From: Candidatus Sungiibacteriota bacterium
Lineage (GTDB): Bacteria > Patescibacteriota > Minisyncoccia > Sungbacterales > HO2-52-23
Length of the DNA: 64,000 nucleotides
Direction of reading: 5' to 3'
Assembly (NCBI GenBank): GCA_016432465.1
Contig: CP066690.1
Coordinates: 462,823 to 526,822 of the forward strand
The position numbers and the translations under genes were made by a program. Below the pieces are notes generated by a model. That model worked only from the letters and a program-made list of their open reading frames with translations, was not told where the DNA came from and ran no database searches. Each line of letters starts with the position of its first letter. The first letter of the stretch is position 1. This document shows positions 19,901 through 28,561 of the stretch, piece after piece.

Positions 19901-20601
19901 ACTCTGCGCATTATGGTTTCCTGGATAATACCAAAAGTGTTTAAAACCGTCCAGTACAGGGCCAGCGCAGAGGGAAGGCTTGAGGACCAAATAATTATAA
20001 GTGCCGGAAAAAGATAAAGCGTTTGCCACCTAAGAATTTTGGCAAAGTCTCCTTGCGCGGGCGGTTGGGGCGCGGCTTGGGCCGTTGACAGCTTGGTCTG
20101 CAAAAACTGACTTAGGGCGGCTATGACCCCAAAAAACAAATTTCCCTTGGACAAATCCACCAGACCAAAACTAACCGGGTTGAGTGCGCCCGGATTTTTT
20201 ACAAAAGAATAAAGATAAGAAAGCTGTGCCGGGTCAAAACCCTTTTGAAACACCTGAAATAACGCTATAAGAAGGGGCAGCTGAATCAAAATAATAAGAC
20301 AGCCGCCGAACGGGTTTACTTTTTTCTCGGCATAAAGTTCCATGAGGGCCTTTCCCTGCGCTCCTTTGTTGTTTTTATGCTGGTTTTGGACCTTCTCAAT
20401 CTCCGGCTGCAGCACAGCAAGATCACGCTGGGACTTCTGCATTTTTAGAAATAGCGGTGACAGTATCAAACGAATCACAAGGGTTAAAACGATAATAGCC
20501 AGCCCAAGATCCTGCCAGGGGAGGGTGGTGTAAAACCAAACAAGGCCGTTGAAAAGCGGCCTCCAGAGAACCTCGGTATAAAGATAGGTGATGGAGTTCA
20601 T
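19882..20601 (-). CDS. yidC: membrane protein insertase YidC/Oxa1 (short form)
   Basis: 239 aa; TM helices and the conserved LPLLIALFQVF and KVNPFGGCLIILIQ regions; conserved position next to yidD and rnpA. Confidence 0.8.
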   Translation of the reverse strand: MNSITYLYTEVLWRPLFNGLVWFYTTLPWQDLGLAIIVLTLVIRLILSPLFLKMQKSQRDLAVLQPEIEKVQNQHKNNKGAQGKALMELYAEKKVNPFGGCLIILIQLPLLIALFQVFQKGFDPAQLSYLYSFVKNPGALNPVSFGLVDLSKGNLFFGVIAALSQFLQTKLSTAQAAPQPPAQGDFAKILRWQTLYLFPALIIIWSSSLPSALALYWTVLNTFGIIQETIMRRVWNKNV

Positions 20602-20696
20602 CCCGTTAGAGATTTAAATCATGATAATACTACATTATAGAGTTGCAAAGATGTTACAAAAACCATAAGTTACTGCTGCCCTAAATCTCTAACGGG
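20602..20696. mobile_element. 95-bp MITE-like element with CCCGTTAGAGA / TCTCTAACGGG terminal inverted repeats (copy 1)
   Basis: Perfect 11-bp TIRs; a second copy lies at 40268-40365 with the same TIRs and a shared AACCATAAGT sub-terminal box. The left end abuts the yidC start codon; the right end encodes the last 8 codons of yidD. Confidence 0.5.
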
Positions 20697-20972
20697 ATCG
20701 TATCCGCCCGCGTTCCCGGGATGACACCTCAAAATCCTTCTGACGGACACCACAACCCCCTTTATTAGTCCATATTGACGGATTGCTTGCCGCGCGTAGT
20801 CTGAGCAGGAGGGATAAAAACGACAACGCGCGCTGGGTGGCAAAATCCTGACCGCGCCATGGTCCGGAGAAATTGTCTTCTGATAAAAAGTGATTACTGT
20901 TAGAACAAATCTAGCGAGCGGCTCGTTCCAGTGTTTTTTTGAAATCTTCATAAAAGTTGGTGCGCGAAGCAC
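20670..20972 (-). CDS. yidD: membrane protein insertion efficiency factor YidD
   Basis: CRFYPSCSDYARQA...HPGNAGGYDPV signature. The start is probably the internal Met (MKISKKH). The last codons are supplied by the repeat element. Confidence 0.7.
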   Translation of the reverse strand: MLRAPTFMKISKKHWNEPLARFVLTVITFYQKTISPDHGAVRILPPSARCRFYPSCSDYARQAIRQYGLIKGVVVSVRRILRCHPGNAGGYDPVRDLGQQ

Positions 20973-21252
20973 CCGCTGCCTCTTTTTTAATAAAAATTAA
21001 AAAGTCGCTGGGGTGGATAAAAACATTCGGATTTCTACGAACCCATTCGCGCAGGCGTCTTCTTAGAACATTTCTTTTGGTTGATCGCCTGTCAACAGAC
21101 TTGGGTGCAACAAAGACAAAACGGCTGTTAGAAAGACTGGTGCGGTTCACAACGACGCGAAAAAAGGGGGACTCCGTCTTCTGCCCACGACGCAGTAGAG
21201 CATGAAAATCCTTTGGGTTTTTAACGGTAAGCAGTTTTTTTGTCCCACTCAT
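20911..21252 (-). CDS. rnpA: ribonuclease P protein component RnpA
   Basis: 113-aa basic protein; FGLxVSKK-like region ([25 protein letters not shown]); located between rpmH and yidD. Confidence 0.8.
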   Translation of the reverse strand: MSGTKKLLTVKNPKDFHALLRRGQKTESPFFRVVVNRTSLSNSRFVFVAPKSVDRRSTKRNVLRRRLREWVRRNPNVFIHPSDFLIFIKKEAAGASRTNFYEDFKKTLERAAR

Positions 21253-21383
21253 ACTGTAAGCCGTTTTCTTCCCTTGGCCCGTCTGCGCGCCAAAATCCCT
21301 CTTCCGCGCGAGGACTGCATTCTTTTTAAGAAACCATGCGTTCGTTTCCTTTTTCTTTTTGCTGGTTGATAAGTAATTGACAT
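21249..21383 (-). CDS. rpmH: 50S ribosomal protein L34
   Basis: Hand-translated 44-aa [47 protein letters not shown]. It is absent from the ORF track because it is below the 60-aa cutoff. Its stop overlaps the rnpA start as ATGA. Confidence 0.8.
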   Translation of the reverse strand: MSITYQPAKRKRKRTHGFLKRMQSSRGRGILARRRAKGRKRLTV

Positions 21384-21487
21384 TTTGAGTGTTAGAATTT
21401 TTATAAACAAGCTATGCACACCATTTACACATTTCTAGTATTTGCCCTTGTTGTATAATGGGTGGTGTTATCTTAATTATATAATTT

Positions 21488-22867
21488 ATGGAAAGGCAGG
21501 AACTTTGGCAGGCCACGCTTGCTAAAATAGAACTAACTCTCTCCCGACCCAGCTTCCTTACGTGGTTTCAGGGTACTGGGATTGCAAGCATCGAAAACGG
21601 TGTGGCCACCGTAGCTGTCCCAAACGGATTTGCCAAAGAGTGGCTGCGGAATAAATACCATAAACCCATTCTCCATGCGTTGCGCGAAATTTCATCTGAC
21701 ATAAAAGATGTTTCTTATATTATTGGCAGGGTTAACGGGGCGGAGGAATCCTCCGGTAAAAGAGACACGCCCAAGCGCCGTCATTCTGTTTCTATTGTAC
21801 CAATGGGGGACGAATCTTATATCCGGGAACTAACCATTGATCCGGAGACCTGCCTCAACCCACGCTATACTTTTGACTCCTTTGTGGTCGGGTCGTTCAA
21901 CGAACTTGCACATGCCGCCGCCCAGTCGGTTCTTAAAAGCCCGGGCACAAGTTACAATCCGCTGTTTATTTACGGTGGGGTTGGCTTGGGCAAGACCCAC
22001 CTGATACAGGCGGTGGGCAATGCCGCTCTCAAACAAAATCCGAATTGCAAAGTGCGTTATATTCCGTCAGAAAAATTCATGATAGAGATAGTGGAGGCTC
22101 TCAAAAATCAAGAAATAAATAAGCTAAAGGATAAGTATCGCGCGATTGACATGTTAATTATGGATGACATCCAGTTTATGGCCAGAACGGAAAAAATGCA
22201 AGAAGAATTTTTTCACACCTTTAACGCCCTTTACGAAAAAAACAAACAGATTATACTCTCTTCTGATCGCCCGCCCCAAGCCATTGCTACGCTGGAAGAG
22301 CGGCTACGTTCCCGTTTTGAGGGCGGCATGATCGCGGATATCGGCGTGCCGGATTTTGAAACCCGTCTTACTATTCTAAAAACCAAGGCCGAATCAAAAT
22401 CCACAACGATAACGGAAGAGGTTCTTAGATACCTTGCAGAAACTATTAAAAACAACATCCGGGAGCTGGAGGGGTCTTTGAACCGGGTTGCGATGGCCTC
22501 CCGCATTTCCCGTTCCCCGATTTCTCTGGAGGAGGTTAAAAAAATCGTGTCCCAGCATATCAACGCACCTAAAAGGTTCCTTTCCCCAAAAAAAATATTG
22601 AAGGCCGTGGCCGAATTTTATGACATAGAAGAAAGGGATCTTATTCAGCGTTCCCGCAAAAAGGATTACGTGAGGCCGCGTCAAATAGCCATGTACTTGA
22701 TGCGCGAAGAACTAAAGATATCTTATCCTTCTATTGGGGATCGTTTCGGTGGCAGGGACCATACCACCGCCATTCACTCCTGTGAAAAAGTTGGGGGGGA
22801 ACTGAAGACAAACCCTGAATTAGAAGAGGAAATACGAGCTGTTAAAGACAGGATGTTACTCGGATAA
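21488..22867 (+). CDS. dnaA: chromosomal replication initiator DnaA
   Basis: 459 aa; Walker A GGVGLGKTHL; box VII/sensor motifs; C-terminal DNA-binding helix-turn-helix (IAMYLMREELKISYPSIGDRFGGRDHTTAIHSCEKV). Confidence 0.9.
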   Translation: MERQELWQATLAKIELTLSRPSFLTWFQGTGIASIENGVATVAVPNGFAKEWLRNKYHKPILHALREISSDIKDVSYIIGRVNGAEESSGKRDTPKRRHSVSIVPMGDESYIRELTIDPETCLNPRYTFDSFVVGSFNELAHAAAQSVLKSPGTSYNPLFIYGGVGLGKTHLIQAVGNAALKQNPNCKVRYIPSEKFMIEIVEALKNQEINKLKDKYRAIDMLIMDDIQFMARTEKMQEEFFHTFNALYEKNKQIILSSDRPPQAIATLEERLRSRFEGGMIADIGVPDFETRLTILKTKAESKSTTITEEVLRYLAETIKNNIRELEGSLNRVAMASRISRSPISLEEVKKIVSQHINAPKRFLSPKKILKAVAEFYDIEERDLIQRSRKKDYVRPRQIAMYLMREELKISYPSIGDRFGGRDHTTAIHSCEKVGGELKTNPELEEEIRAVKDRMLLG

Positions 22868-22972
22868 GATACTTTTAATTTTCATTCTTAAAGAAATCAA
22901 CAAATAATCACCACCTTGTTTACATCCGTTGGATCTTAGTGGGTGACTATCTGTTGGTATAAAAATACATTT

Positions 22973-22981
22973 TTATCCACA
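22973..22981 (+). promoter_or_regulatory. perfect DnaA box TTATCCACA in the AT-rich dnaA-dnaN spacer (candidate oriC / DNA-unwinding region)
   Basis: Exact consensus 9-mer followed by the AT-rich TTCTTTATTAATAATAATAAGTTATTTTCTATTAACTAACA. Confidence 0.5.
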
Positions 22982-23027
22982 GCATATTCTTTATTAATAA
23001 TAATAAGTTATTTTCTATTAACTAACA

Positions 23028-24128
23028 ATGCGTTTCTCGTGCACCAAAGAAAATCTATTATATGCGGTATCAACAGCAGAACGTTTTGCGGGGAAAAACG
23101 TATCTTTACCAATTTTAAGCAATATATTACTGGAAACAGATGATAATGTTTTATTTGCAACAGCCACTAATCTTGAATATGCTGTTAAAATAAAAATTCC
23201 GGGCAAAGCGGAAAAGAAAGGCAAAATAAGTGTTCCGGCAAAAGTTATAAGTTCTCTCATCCAGTCCATAAAAGACGACAGAGTAAATTTAGAAGAAAAG
23301 CAAAGCAGCTTACTAATAAAAACCGATACCAAGGACACAAAAATAAACGGGGTGGGCACAGAAGACTTTCCTATACTCCCCAAAATTAAAAAAGCAGTTA
23401 CCTTATCTGTTTTAACCGCCGATTTTAAAAGAGGATTAGACGTCGTATTGCCATCGGTCTCTCAATCAGAATTTAAACCAGAACTTACTGGCGTGCTTTT
23501 TAGGATCTCGGGAAACACATTGAAGTTGGCGGCCACGGACACCTTTAGGCTGGCCGAAAAAACACTCGCTCTGCAGGAGCGTTATTCTGGTGACGCCTGC
23601 TCCTTTATTGTCCCTTACCGGGTTGCCCAAGAGTTGGTAAGACTCGGAGAGGAGGATGACGAGGAGGCAGAAATAGCATTCGGAGACAACCAGTTGGTAT
23701 ACAGCACAGGACACACCACCGTGATTTCGCGAACCATAGAGGGATCTTTCCCGGAGTACGGAAGCATCGTCCCTAAAAGTTTTGAAACAGAGTGTTATAT
23801 ACCAAGGGAAGAATTTATTGACGCTGTTAAGGCAGGGAGTATCTTTTCTTCAAGGCTGCAGGATATAACCATTGCTTTTTCTCCGAAAGAGGCGGAAATT
23901 ACATCCGCCAACCAAGAGGTGGGTGAGTATAAAACAAAAATCCCGGTGTCAGGGAGGGGTAGACAGGTTAAGGCAAGTTTTAATTACCGATTTCTATTAG
24001 ATGGTCTTTCTGCCCTTGAGGATGATGAGATATTTTTCGGCTGTAACACCGAGCAGGGTCCGTCTCTGCTGCAAAATAAATCAGGCGGCTCTTTCTTTTA
24101 CGTTTTAATGCCCATAAGAACGAGCTAA
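23028..24128 (+). CDS. dnaN: DNA polymerase III beta sliding clamp
   Basis: 366 aa; begins MRFSCTKENLLYAVSTAERFAGKNVSLPILSNILLE; three-domain length; conserved position after dnaA. Confidence 0.85.
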   Translation: MRFSCTKENLLYAVSTAERFAGKNVSLPILSNILLETDDNVLFATATNLEYAVKIKIPGKAEKKGKISVPAKVISSLIQSIKDDRVNLEEKQSSLLIKTDTKDTKINGVGTEDFPILPKIKKAVTLSVLTADFKRGLDVVLPSVSQSEFKPELTGVLFRISGNTLKLAATDTFRLAEKTLALQERYSGDACSFIVPYRVAQELVRLGEEDDEEAEIAFGDNQLVYSTGHTTVISRTIEGSFPEYGSIVPKSFETECYIPREEFIDAVKAGSIFSSRLQDITIAFSPKEAEITSANQEVGEYKTKIPVSGRGRQVKASFNYRFLLDGLSALEDDEIFFGCNTEQGPSLLQNKSGGSFFYVLMPIRTS

Positions 24129-24156
24129 GAAGGAGACCGATTCCCAATTAAGGGGT

Positions 24157-26769
24157 TTACCAAACGGTCAACTCCTCCTCATGCGACTCACTGTTTCCAA
24201 CCGCATCGTAGGCGGTTATTTTTATTCTATAACTTCCGGCTCCAAGCGGGGACGGCAGATAGAAATTGATTGTTTCAGAAACGATAGGGGTTGTTTTAGA
24301 GGACATAAGCCCCTCGTTGATAAATAAGGACACCTCTTGAAGAGGAAACACCGCCCGGATCTTTACCAAAAAGGAAGTAATGGGCCCCTTTACAGGAACA
24401 CCAGCCCTCCATCCCAAAAAGTTTATCTGTGGCTTTTTGTCGGGGTCGTGCAGGTTTTCGGGCTCTTTGGGTATAGAGGGTTCAGCAATTTTATTGGCCG
24501 AAAGCCAGTGCTTGATGGCCTCTTCCCAGTTTTTAAACTGCGGATCGTTCGGGGGTTCGGATGGCGGGTCGCCGGTGGGGTCTTCACGCCTAATAAAAGA
24601 AAGGATGGATTTTATTTCCCCGGTACTTATTTCTTCCACCAGCCCCGCAGGAGTAAAGACCGTAGCAAGCTTTCGCGAAATCTTATCAATTTTTATAAAA
24701 GACCCGGAGCGGTAGTGACCTCTTAATACTGCCTTGGTGGAGTTTGTTTTTTCCGGCGGAGTAAATTCCTCCGGCGGTTTTTGAGCCAAGAAAAATTCAA
24801 AGAGGCGGTGCCAAAGAGGGCCGGCCACCATGATAGAAAGTCCGCCTTTCTGCATGGACGCGTTGTCGTTATTACCGGCCCAGACACCCACAACAAGGGA
24901 TGGCGTGTATCCTATAACCCAAGCGTCACGAAATTCTTGGGTGGTTCCTGTTTTGGCCGCAACCTGCCGACCAGGAAAGTAAAGCGAACTGCGCGGATTA
25001 AAAGTCGGGACGCGCGCCTCGTTGTCGGAAAGAACGTCATTTATCGTCCGCGCAACCTCGGTATCCAGCACCGCCAGCGAGGACTCTTTTTTTTCTTCCA
25101 GCACCGCGCCGCGAGAGTCCTCAATTTTTAAAATTGCGTTTTTGGGGTGTAGAATCCCGTCCTGCGAGAAAACACCAAAAGCCGAGGTCATCTCAAGAAG
25201 CGTGACCTCCGCACCGCCCAGAACCAGCGAAAGACCGTAGCGGTTGGGATCTTTTAAGGTGGTGATACCCAGCGTTTCGGCGGTCTTTATGGAGTCCTCC
25301 ACGCCCGCAAGGTAAAGAAGCTTAACCGAGGGAACGTTAAGCGACTGGGCAAGCGCCTGCCTTAGCGATACCGGACCACGAAAGGTTTCGTCATAGTTTT
25401 GAGGATGATAACACTCTTTTTCTTCTTTAATCGTTGGGCCCGGTACCCCGTCGTAGCCGCATAAAGGATTAAATTCCGTGGGGACGTCCATTAACACGGT
25501 TTCTGTGGTGTAGCCCTTTTTAAAGGCGGTGGCATAAACAAAGGGTTTAAATGCCGAACCGGGTTGTCTCGGACGAATAACCACATTAACGTGGGGGTCA
25601 AAGCGGCAGTTAAGGCCCGGAGTGCAGCCGTCGGGATAGGGTTTACCCAAAAAATCTTTTGACCCCACCAACGCAAGAACGTCACCCGATTTAGGGTCCA
25701 AGGCCACCAAGGCCGCGTTAGCTGCTTTGACCAGGTTTTCATTTTTTTCTGCCTCCTCCTTTACTATCTTTTCCGCCTCCTCCTGCAGTTTCCAGTCAAG
25801 CGAGGTTATTACTTTTAATCCGCCCCTTTCCACAAAGTCCTCACCATATTTTTCGTTGAGATGTTCACGAACGTACATTACAAAATGGGGTGCACGGATG
25901 GACTGGTGCGGCGGCGCAAAAGTAAGATGTTCTTTTTTGGCACGAGCCGCCTCTTCTTGGGAGACGAACCCCGCCTCCCGCATGCGCTCAATATTTTTGT
26001 CCTTGCGCGCCATCAGTTCTTCTTTGTGGGAGCCGTAGGGCGAATAATAAGTTGGTGCCTTGGGCAGCGCAGCCAGAAGTGCTGACTCCGCCAGACTAAG
26101 CCCCTCCGGTTTTTTTGAAAAAAAGGTCTGGGCAGCCGCGGCAATGCCGTAAGCATTAGATCCGTAAGGAATTTGATTTAGGTAAAGCTCAAAAATTTCA
26201 TCTTTTGAATATTTGGTCTCCAGCGCCACGGCCAGAATAGCCTCTTTAAACTTGCGGGCTAGGGTCCTCTCGCCGGTTAAAATGGAGTTTTTAACTAATT
26301 GCTGGGTAATGGTTGATCCTCCCTGTGTGACGTCTCCCCGCACAATATTTTTAATTAAAGCACGCCCAATACCCCGAAAGTCTATGCCCCCATGCCGATA
26401 AAAATTTATATCCTCGGCTACCAAAGTGGCCCACTTGATATTTGGGGAAATCTCTGAAAACCGGATCGTAGTTCGTCTTTCCTCGCCGTGAATTTCGTAG
26501 AGAAGCACCAGACCCGTCCGATCATAAATTTTGGTGGACTCAATTACGGAGCGTTCGGTAATACGGCTGGGGCCCGGAAGTTCGCGCAGTGCCGAATAAC
26601 TCCACCAGCCCCCCAAGAAAAGCAAAACAAGCGCTGGTATAAAAAAGCGCCGGATTCGTCTCTTTTTGACGCGCGGCGAAAAAACCACCGTCATGAAAAA
26701 TATTGTACCGCATAACTTCTTGATTTTCCAGCCCCAACCCTTTTTGTGTTTGTTTTGCGCCGCCGCCAA
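24157..26769 (-). CDS. bifunctional class A penicillin-binding protein (GT51 glycosyltransferase plus transpeptidase) with a C-terminal extension
   Basis: 870 aa; N-terminal TM helix; GT51 motifs (EDINFYRHGGIDFRGIGRA, GGSTITQQLVKN); transpeptidase motifs SAFKPFVYATA and KTGTT. Confidence 0.8.
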   Translation of the reverse strand: MAAAQNKHKKGWGWKIKKLCGTIFFMTVVFSPRVKKRRIRRFFIPALVLLFLGGWWSYSALRELPGPSRITERSVIESTKIYDRTGLVLLYEIHGEERRTTIRFSEISPNIKWATLVAEDINFYRHGGIDFRGIGRALIKNIVRGDVTQGGSTITQQLVKNSILTGERTLARKFKEAILAVALETKYSKDEIFELYLNQIPYGSNAYGIAAAAQTFFSKKPEGLSLAESALLAALPKAPTYYSPYGSHKEELMARKDKNIERMREAGFVSQEEAARAKKEHLTFAPPHQSIRAPHFVMYVREHLNEKYGEDFVERGGLKVITSLDWKLQEEAEKIVKEEAEKNENLVKAANAALVALDPKSGDVLALVGSKDFLGKPYPDGCTPGLNCRFDPHVNVVIRPRQPGSAFKPFVYATAFKKGYTTETVLMDVPTEFNPLCGYDGVPGPTIKEEKECYHPQNYDETFRGPVSLRQALAQSLNVPSVKLLYLAGVEDSIKTAETLGITTLKDPNRYGLSLVLGGAEVTLLEMTSAFGVFSQDGILHPKNAILKIEDSRGAVLEEKKESSLAVLDTEVARTINDVLSDNEARVPTFNPRSSLYFPGRQVAAKTGTTQEFRDAWVIGYTPSLVVGVWAGNNDNASMQKGGLSIMVAGPLWHRLFEFFLAQKPPEEFTPPEKTNSTKAVLRGHYRSGSFIKIDKISRKLATVFTPAGLVEEISTGEIKSILSFIRREDPTGDPPSEPPNDPQFKNWEEAIKHWLSANKIAEPSIPKEPENLHDPDKKPQINFLGWRAGVPVKGPITSFLVKIRAVFPLQEVSLFINEGLMSSKTTPIVSETINFYLPSPLGAGSYRIKITAYDAVGNSESHEEELTVW

Positions 26770-27063
26770 TTTACCCGCCGTCGCAGAAAGCCACGGCTGG
26801 CCTACTCCGCCGAAGTAGCTTCGGCTACGAAGGCTGGATAAGGCCGTGGATGTCCCTAGGCCTTTCAGGCCGGGATCTCCCTAGGCATTAGCCGGGATGG
26901 CGGCTCGAAGAGCCTAGCCACCGGCGGCAAAGCCGTCTAGGGAAATGCGAGGGCGGAGGTCATCCGTAACTCGAAGAGCGAAGGAGGATGCTTTGGCGGA
27001 TTTCGCTGCATCTCGCTTAGTTTTCGCTGATGCGAAAAAGCGAGATGCCACGGGCGTAAGCCC
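26770..27063. repeat. GC-rich hairpin-dense intergenic repeat of the CCTAGG palindromic family (copy A)
   Basis: About 62% GC in a roughly 47% GC genome. The core at 26841-26965 aligns closely with 54494-54620 (GTCCCTAGGCCTTTCAGGCCGGGATCTCCCTAGGCATT versus GTGCCTAGGCCCTTCGGGCCGGCATCTCCCTAGGCATT). Confidence 0.6.
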
Positions 27064-27105
27064 GTGGAGCTTCACTTTAAAAACCCATCATGCTATCATG
27101 TTTTC

Positions 27106-28296
27106 ATGAAAAAGCTTTCGCTTGACTCTGAAGTCTTTACAAGGGCCGTTGAGGATATAGTAACGCGCGGGGAGTTAAAAAAACTGCTTAGTCGCAATCG
27201 GGTACTTAGAATAAAACACGGGATTGATGCTTCGGGCCCGGAACTTCATATCGGGCATGCGGTCAGTCTTTGGAAACTGCGCGCATTGCAGGAGGCAGGA
27301 CACAAAGCCGTAATTCTCTTGGGAGACGTGACCACCCAAATAGGAGACCCCACCGGCAAACTAAAGACGCGGCCGATGCTGCCCAAGATAACTATTAAAA
27401 AAAACATAGCCGCCGTTAAAAACCAACTTGAAAAAATACTGCATACAAACCCCCGTGTCTATGAACTTCACTACAGTTCCGAATGGTATAACAAGATGCG
27501 TGCGCCGGAGTTTTTGAAACTTCTTTCTCATATCACCCACGCGCGCCTTATTGAGCGGGACATGTTTCAGGGGCGGCTTAGAAAAAAGACAGAAATTTAT
27601 ATGAGTGAGCTTATTTACCCCGTGCTTCAGGGTTATGACTCGGTTATCCTGCGCTCCGACCTTACAATCGTTGGGTCAGACCAGCTGTTTAACGAACATT
27701 TGGGCAGGATGTTTCAGGAGAAATTCGGACAGCCCCCGCAGGTAATTGTAGCTCTCAAGATTCTGCCGGGGGTGGGGGGCGGCGAGAAAATGTCCAAATC
27801 TTTAGGAAACTATATAGGTCTTTCGGACAGCCCCCAGGATAAATTCGGAAAAGCCATGCGGTTGCTTGACTCTTTAATTGTTCCGTACCTTGAGGTTTAT
27901 ACCGACGTGCCCCCAAATAAGATTCGTGGGATTGAACACGCGCTTAGGGGTGGACAGAATCCCATGGCGGCAAAGTTGTTTTTTGCCGAAGCCCTAGTCC
28001 GTAGATATCACGGAAACAAAGTTGCCCAGAAAGAGCGGGACAGGTTTTTAAAAATATTTTCCAAAAAAGAATTTCAAAAAGCGGCCCCGCTGGTTACAAT
28101 CAAAATCGGCAGGTGGGAGTTAACAGAGCTTCTCCTTAGGCTTGGTTTTGCCGCATCAAAATCTGATGCCCGGCGCCTGATAGCGCAGGGGGCGGTAGAG
28201 ATTGACGGAAAGAGGATTACGGTTCCCTCGGAAATAAACATAAAACACGGCTCCACCATACGTGCGGGCAAGAGACGATTAGCTAGAGTGGAATAA
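27106..28296 (+). CDS. tyrS: tyrosyl-tRNA synthetase with a C-terminal S4 domain
   Basis: HIGH motif (ELHIGHAV), KMSKS motif (KMSKSLGN) and an S4-like C-terminus (RRLIAQGAVEIDGKRI). The ORF track starts at GTG 27064; the ATG at 27106 is preferred. Confidence 0.8.
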   Translation: MKKLSLDSEVFTRAVEDIVTRGELKKLLSRNRVLRIKHGIDASGPELHIGHAVSLWKLRALQEAGHKAVILLGDVTTQIGDPTGKLKTRPMLPKITIKKNIAAVKNQLEKILHTNPRVYELHYSSEWYNKMRAPEFLKLLSHITHARLIERDMFQGRLRKKTEIYMSELIYPVLQGYDSVILRSDLTIVGSDQLFNEHLGRMFQEKFGQPPQVIVALKILPGVGGGEKMSKSLGNYIGLSDSPQDKFGKAMRLLDSLIVPYLEVYTDVPPNKIRGIEHALRGGQNPMAAKLFFAEALVRRYHGNKVAQKERDRFLKIFSKKEFQKAAPLVTIKIGRWELTELLLRLGFAASKSDARRLIAQGAVEIDGKRITVPSEINIKHGSTIRAGKRRLARVE

Positions 28297-28320
28297 GAGG
28301 CACCCGGACAAGGTTAAAAT

Positions 28321-28353
28321 AAAAACCGTCCCGCTGTTAGCGGGACGGTTTTT
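28321..28353. terminator. bidirectional rho-independent terminator AAAAACCGTCCCGCTGTTAGCGGGACGGTTTTT
   Basis: Perfect 11-bp stem flanked by an A-run and a T-run, between convergent tyrS and the small acidic ORF. Confidence 0.7.
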
Positions 28354-28355
28354 AG

Positions 28356-28508
28356 TTACTCGTATGCGTCTTCTTCTTTCTCTTCCCCCGGCTCGCCTGC
28401 GTCCCCAAGGTCTTCGTAGTCGGGAGGAACTAACGGCTCTCCATCGCCGTCTTCTTCCGGGTCATCGTCCTGATTTAGTGCAAATTCGTCATAGCCTCGG
28501 TAAGGCAT
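28356..28508 (-). CDS. small highly acidic protein (about 50 aa)
   Basis: MPYRGYDEFALNQDDDPEEDGDGEPLVPPDYEDLGDAGEPGEEKEEDAYE; downstream of ruvC in the same orientation and followed by the terminator. Confidence 0.35.
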   Translation of the reverse strand: MPYRGYDEFALNQDDDPEEDGDGEPLVPPDYEDLGDAGEPGEEKEEDAYE

Positions 28509-28561
28509 AGTTATGATCAAAGAAAAATTTGTTGATTGATCGACCTTTTGTTTTATATGGA

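Noticed and set aside
26770-27063. Possible T-box riboswitch leader upstream of tyrS
   Set aside because: There is no AANNNGGGTGGNACCGCG T-box motif or specifier-loop architecture. Instead the region is homologous to a second intergenic repeat at 54494-54620, so it was classified as a dispersed repeat.
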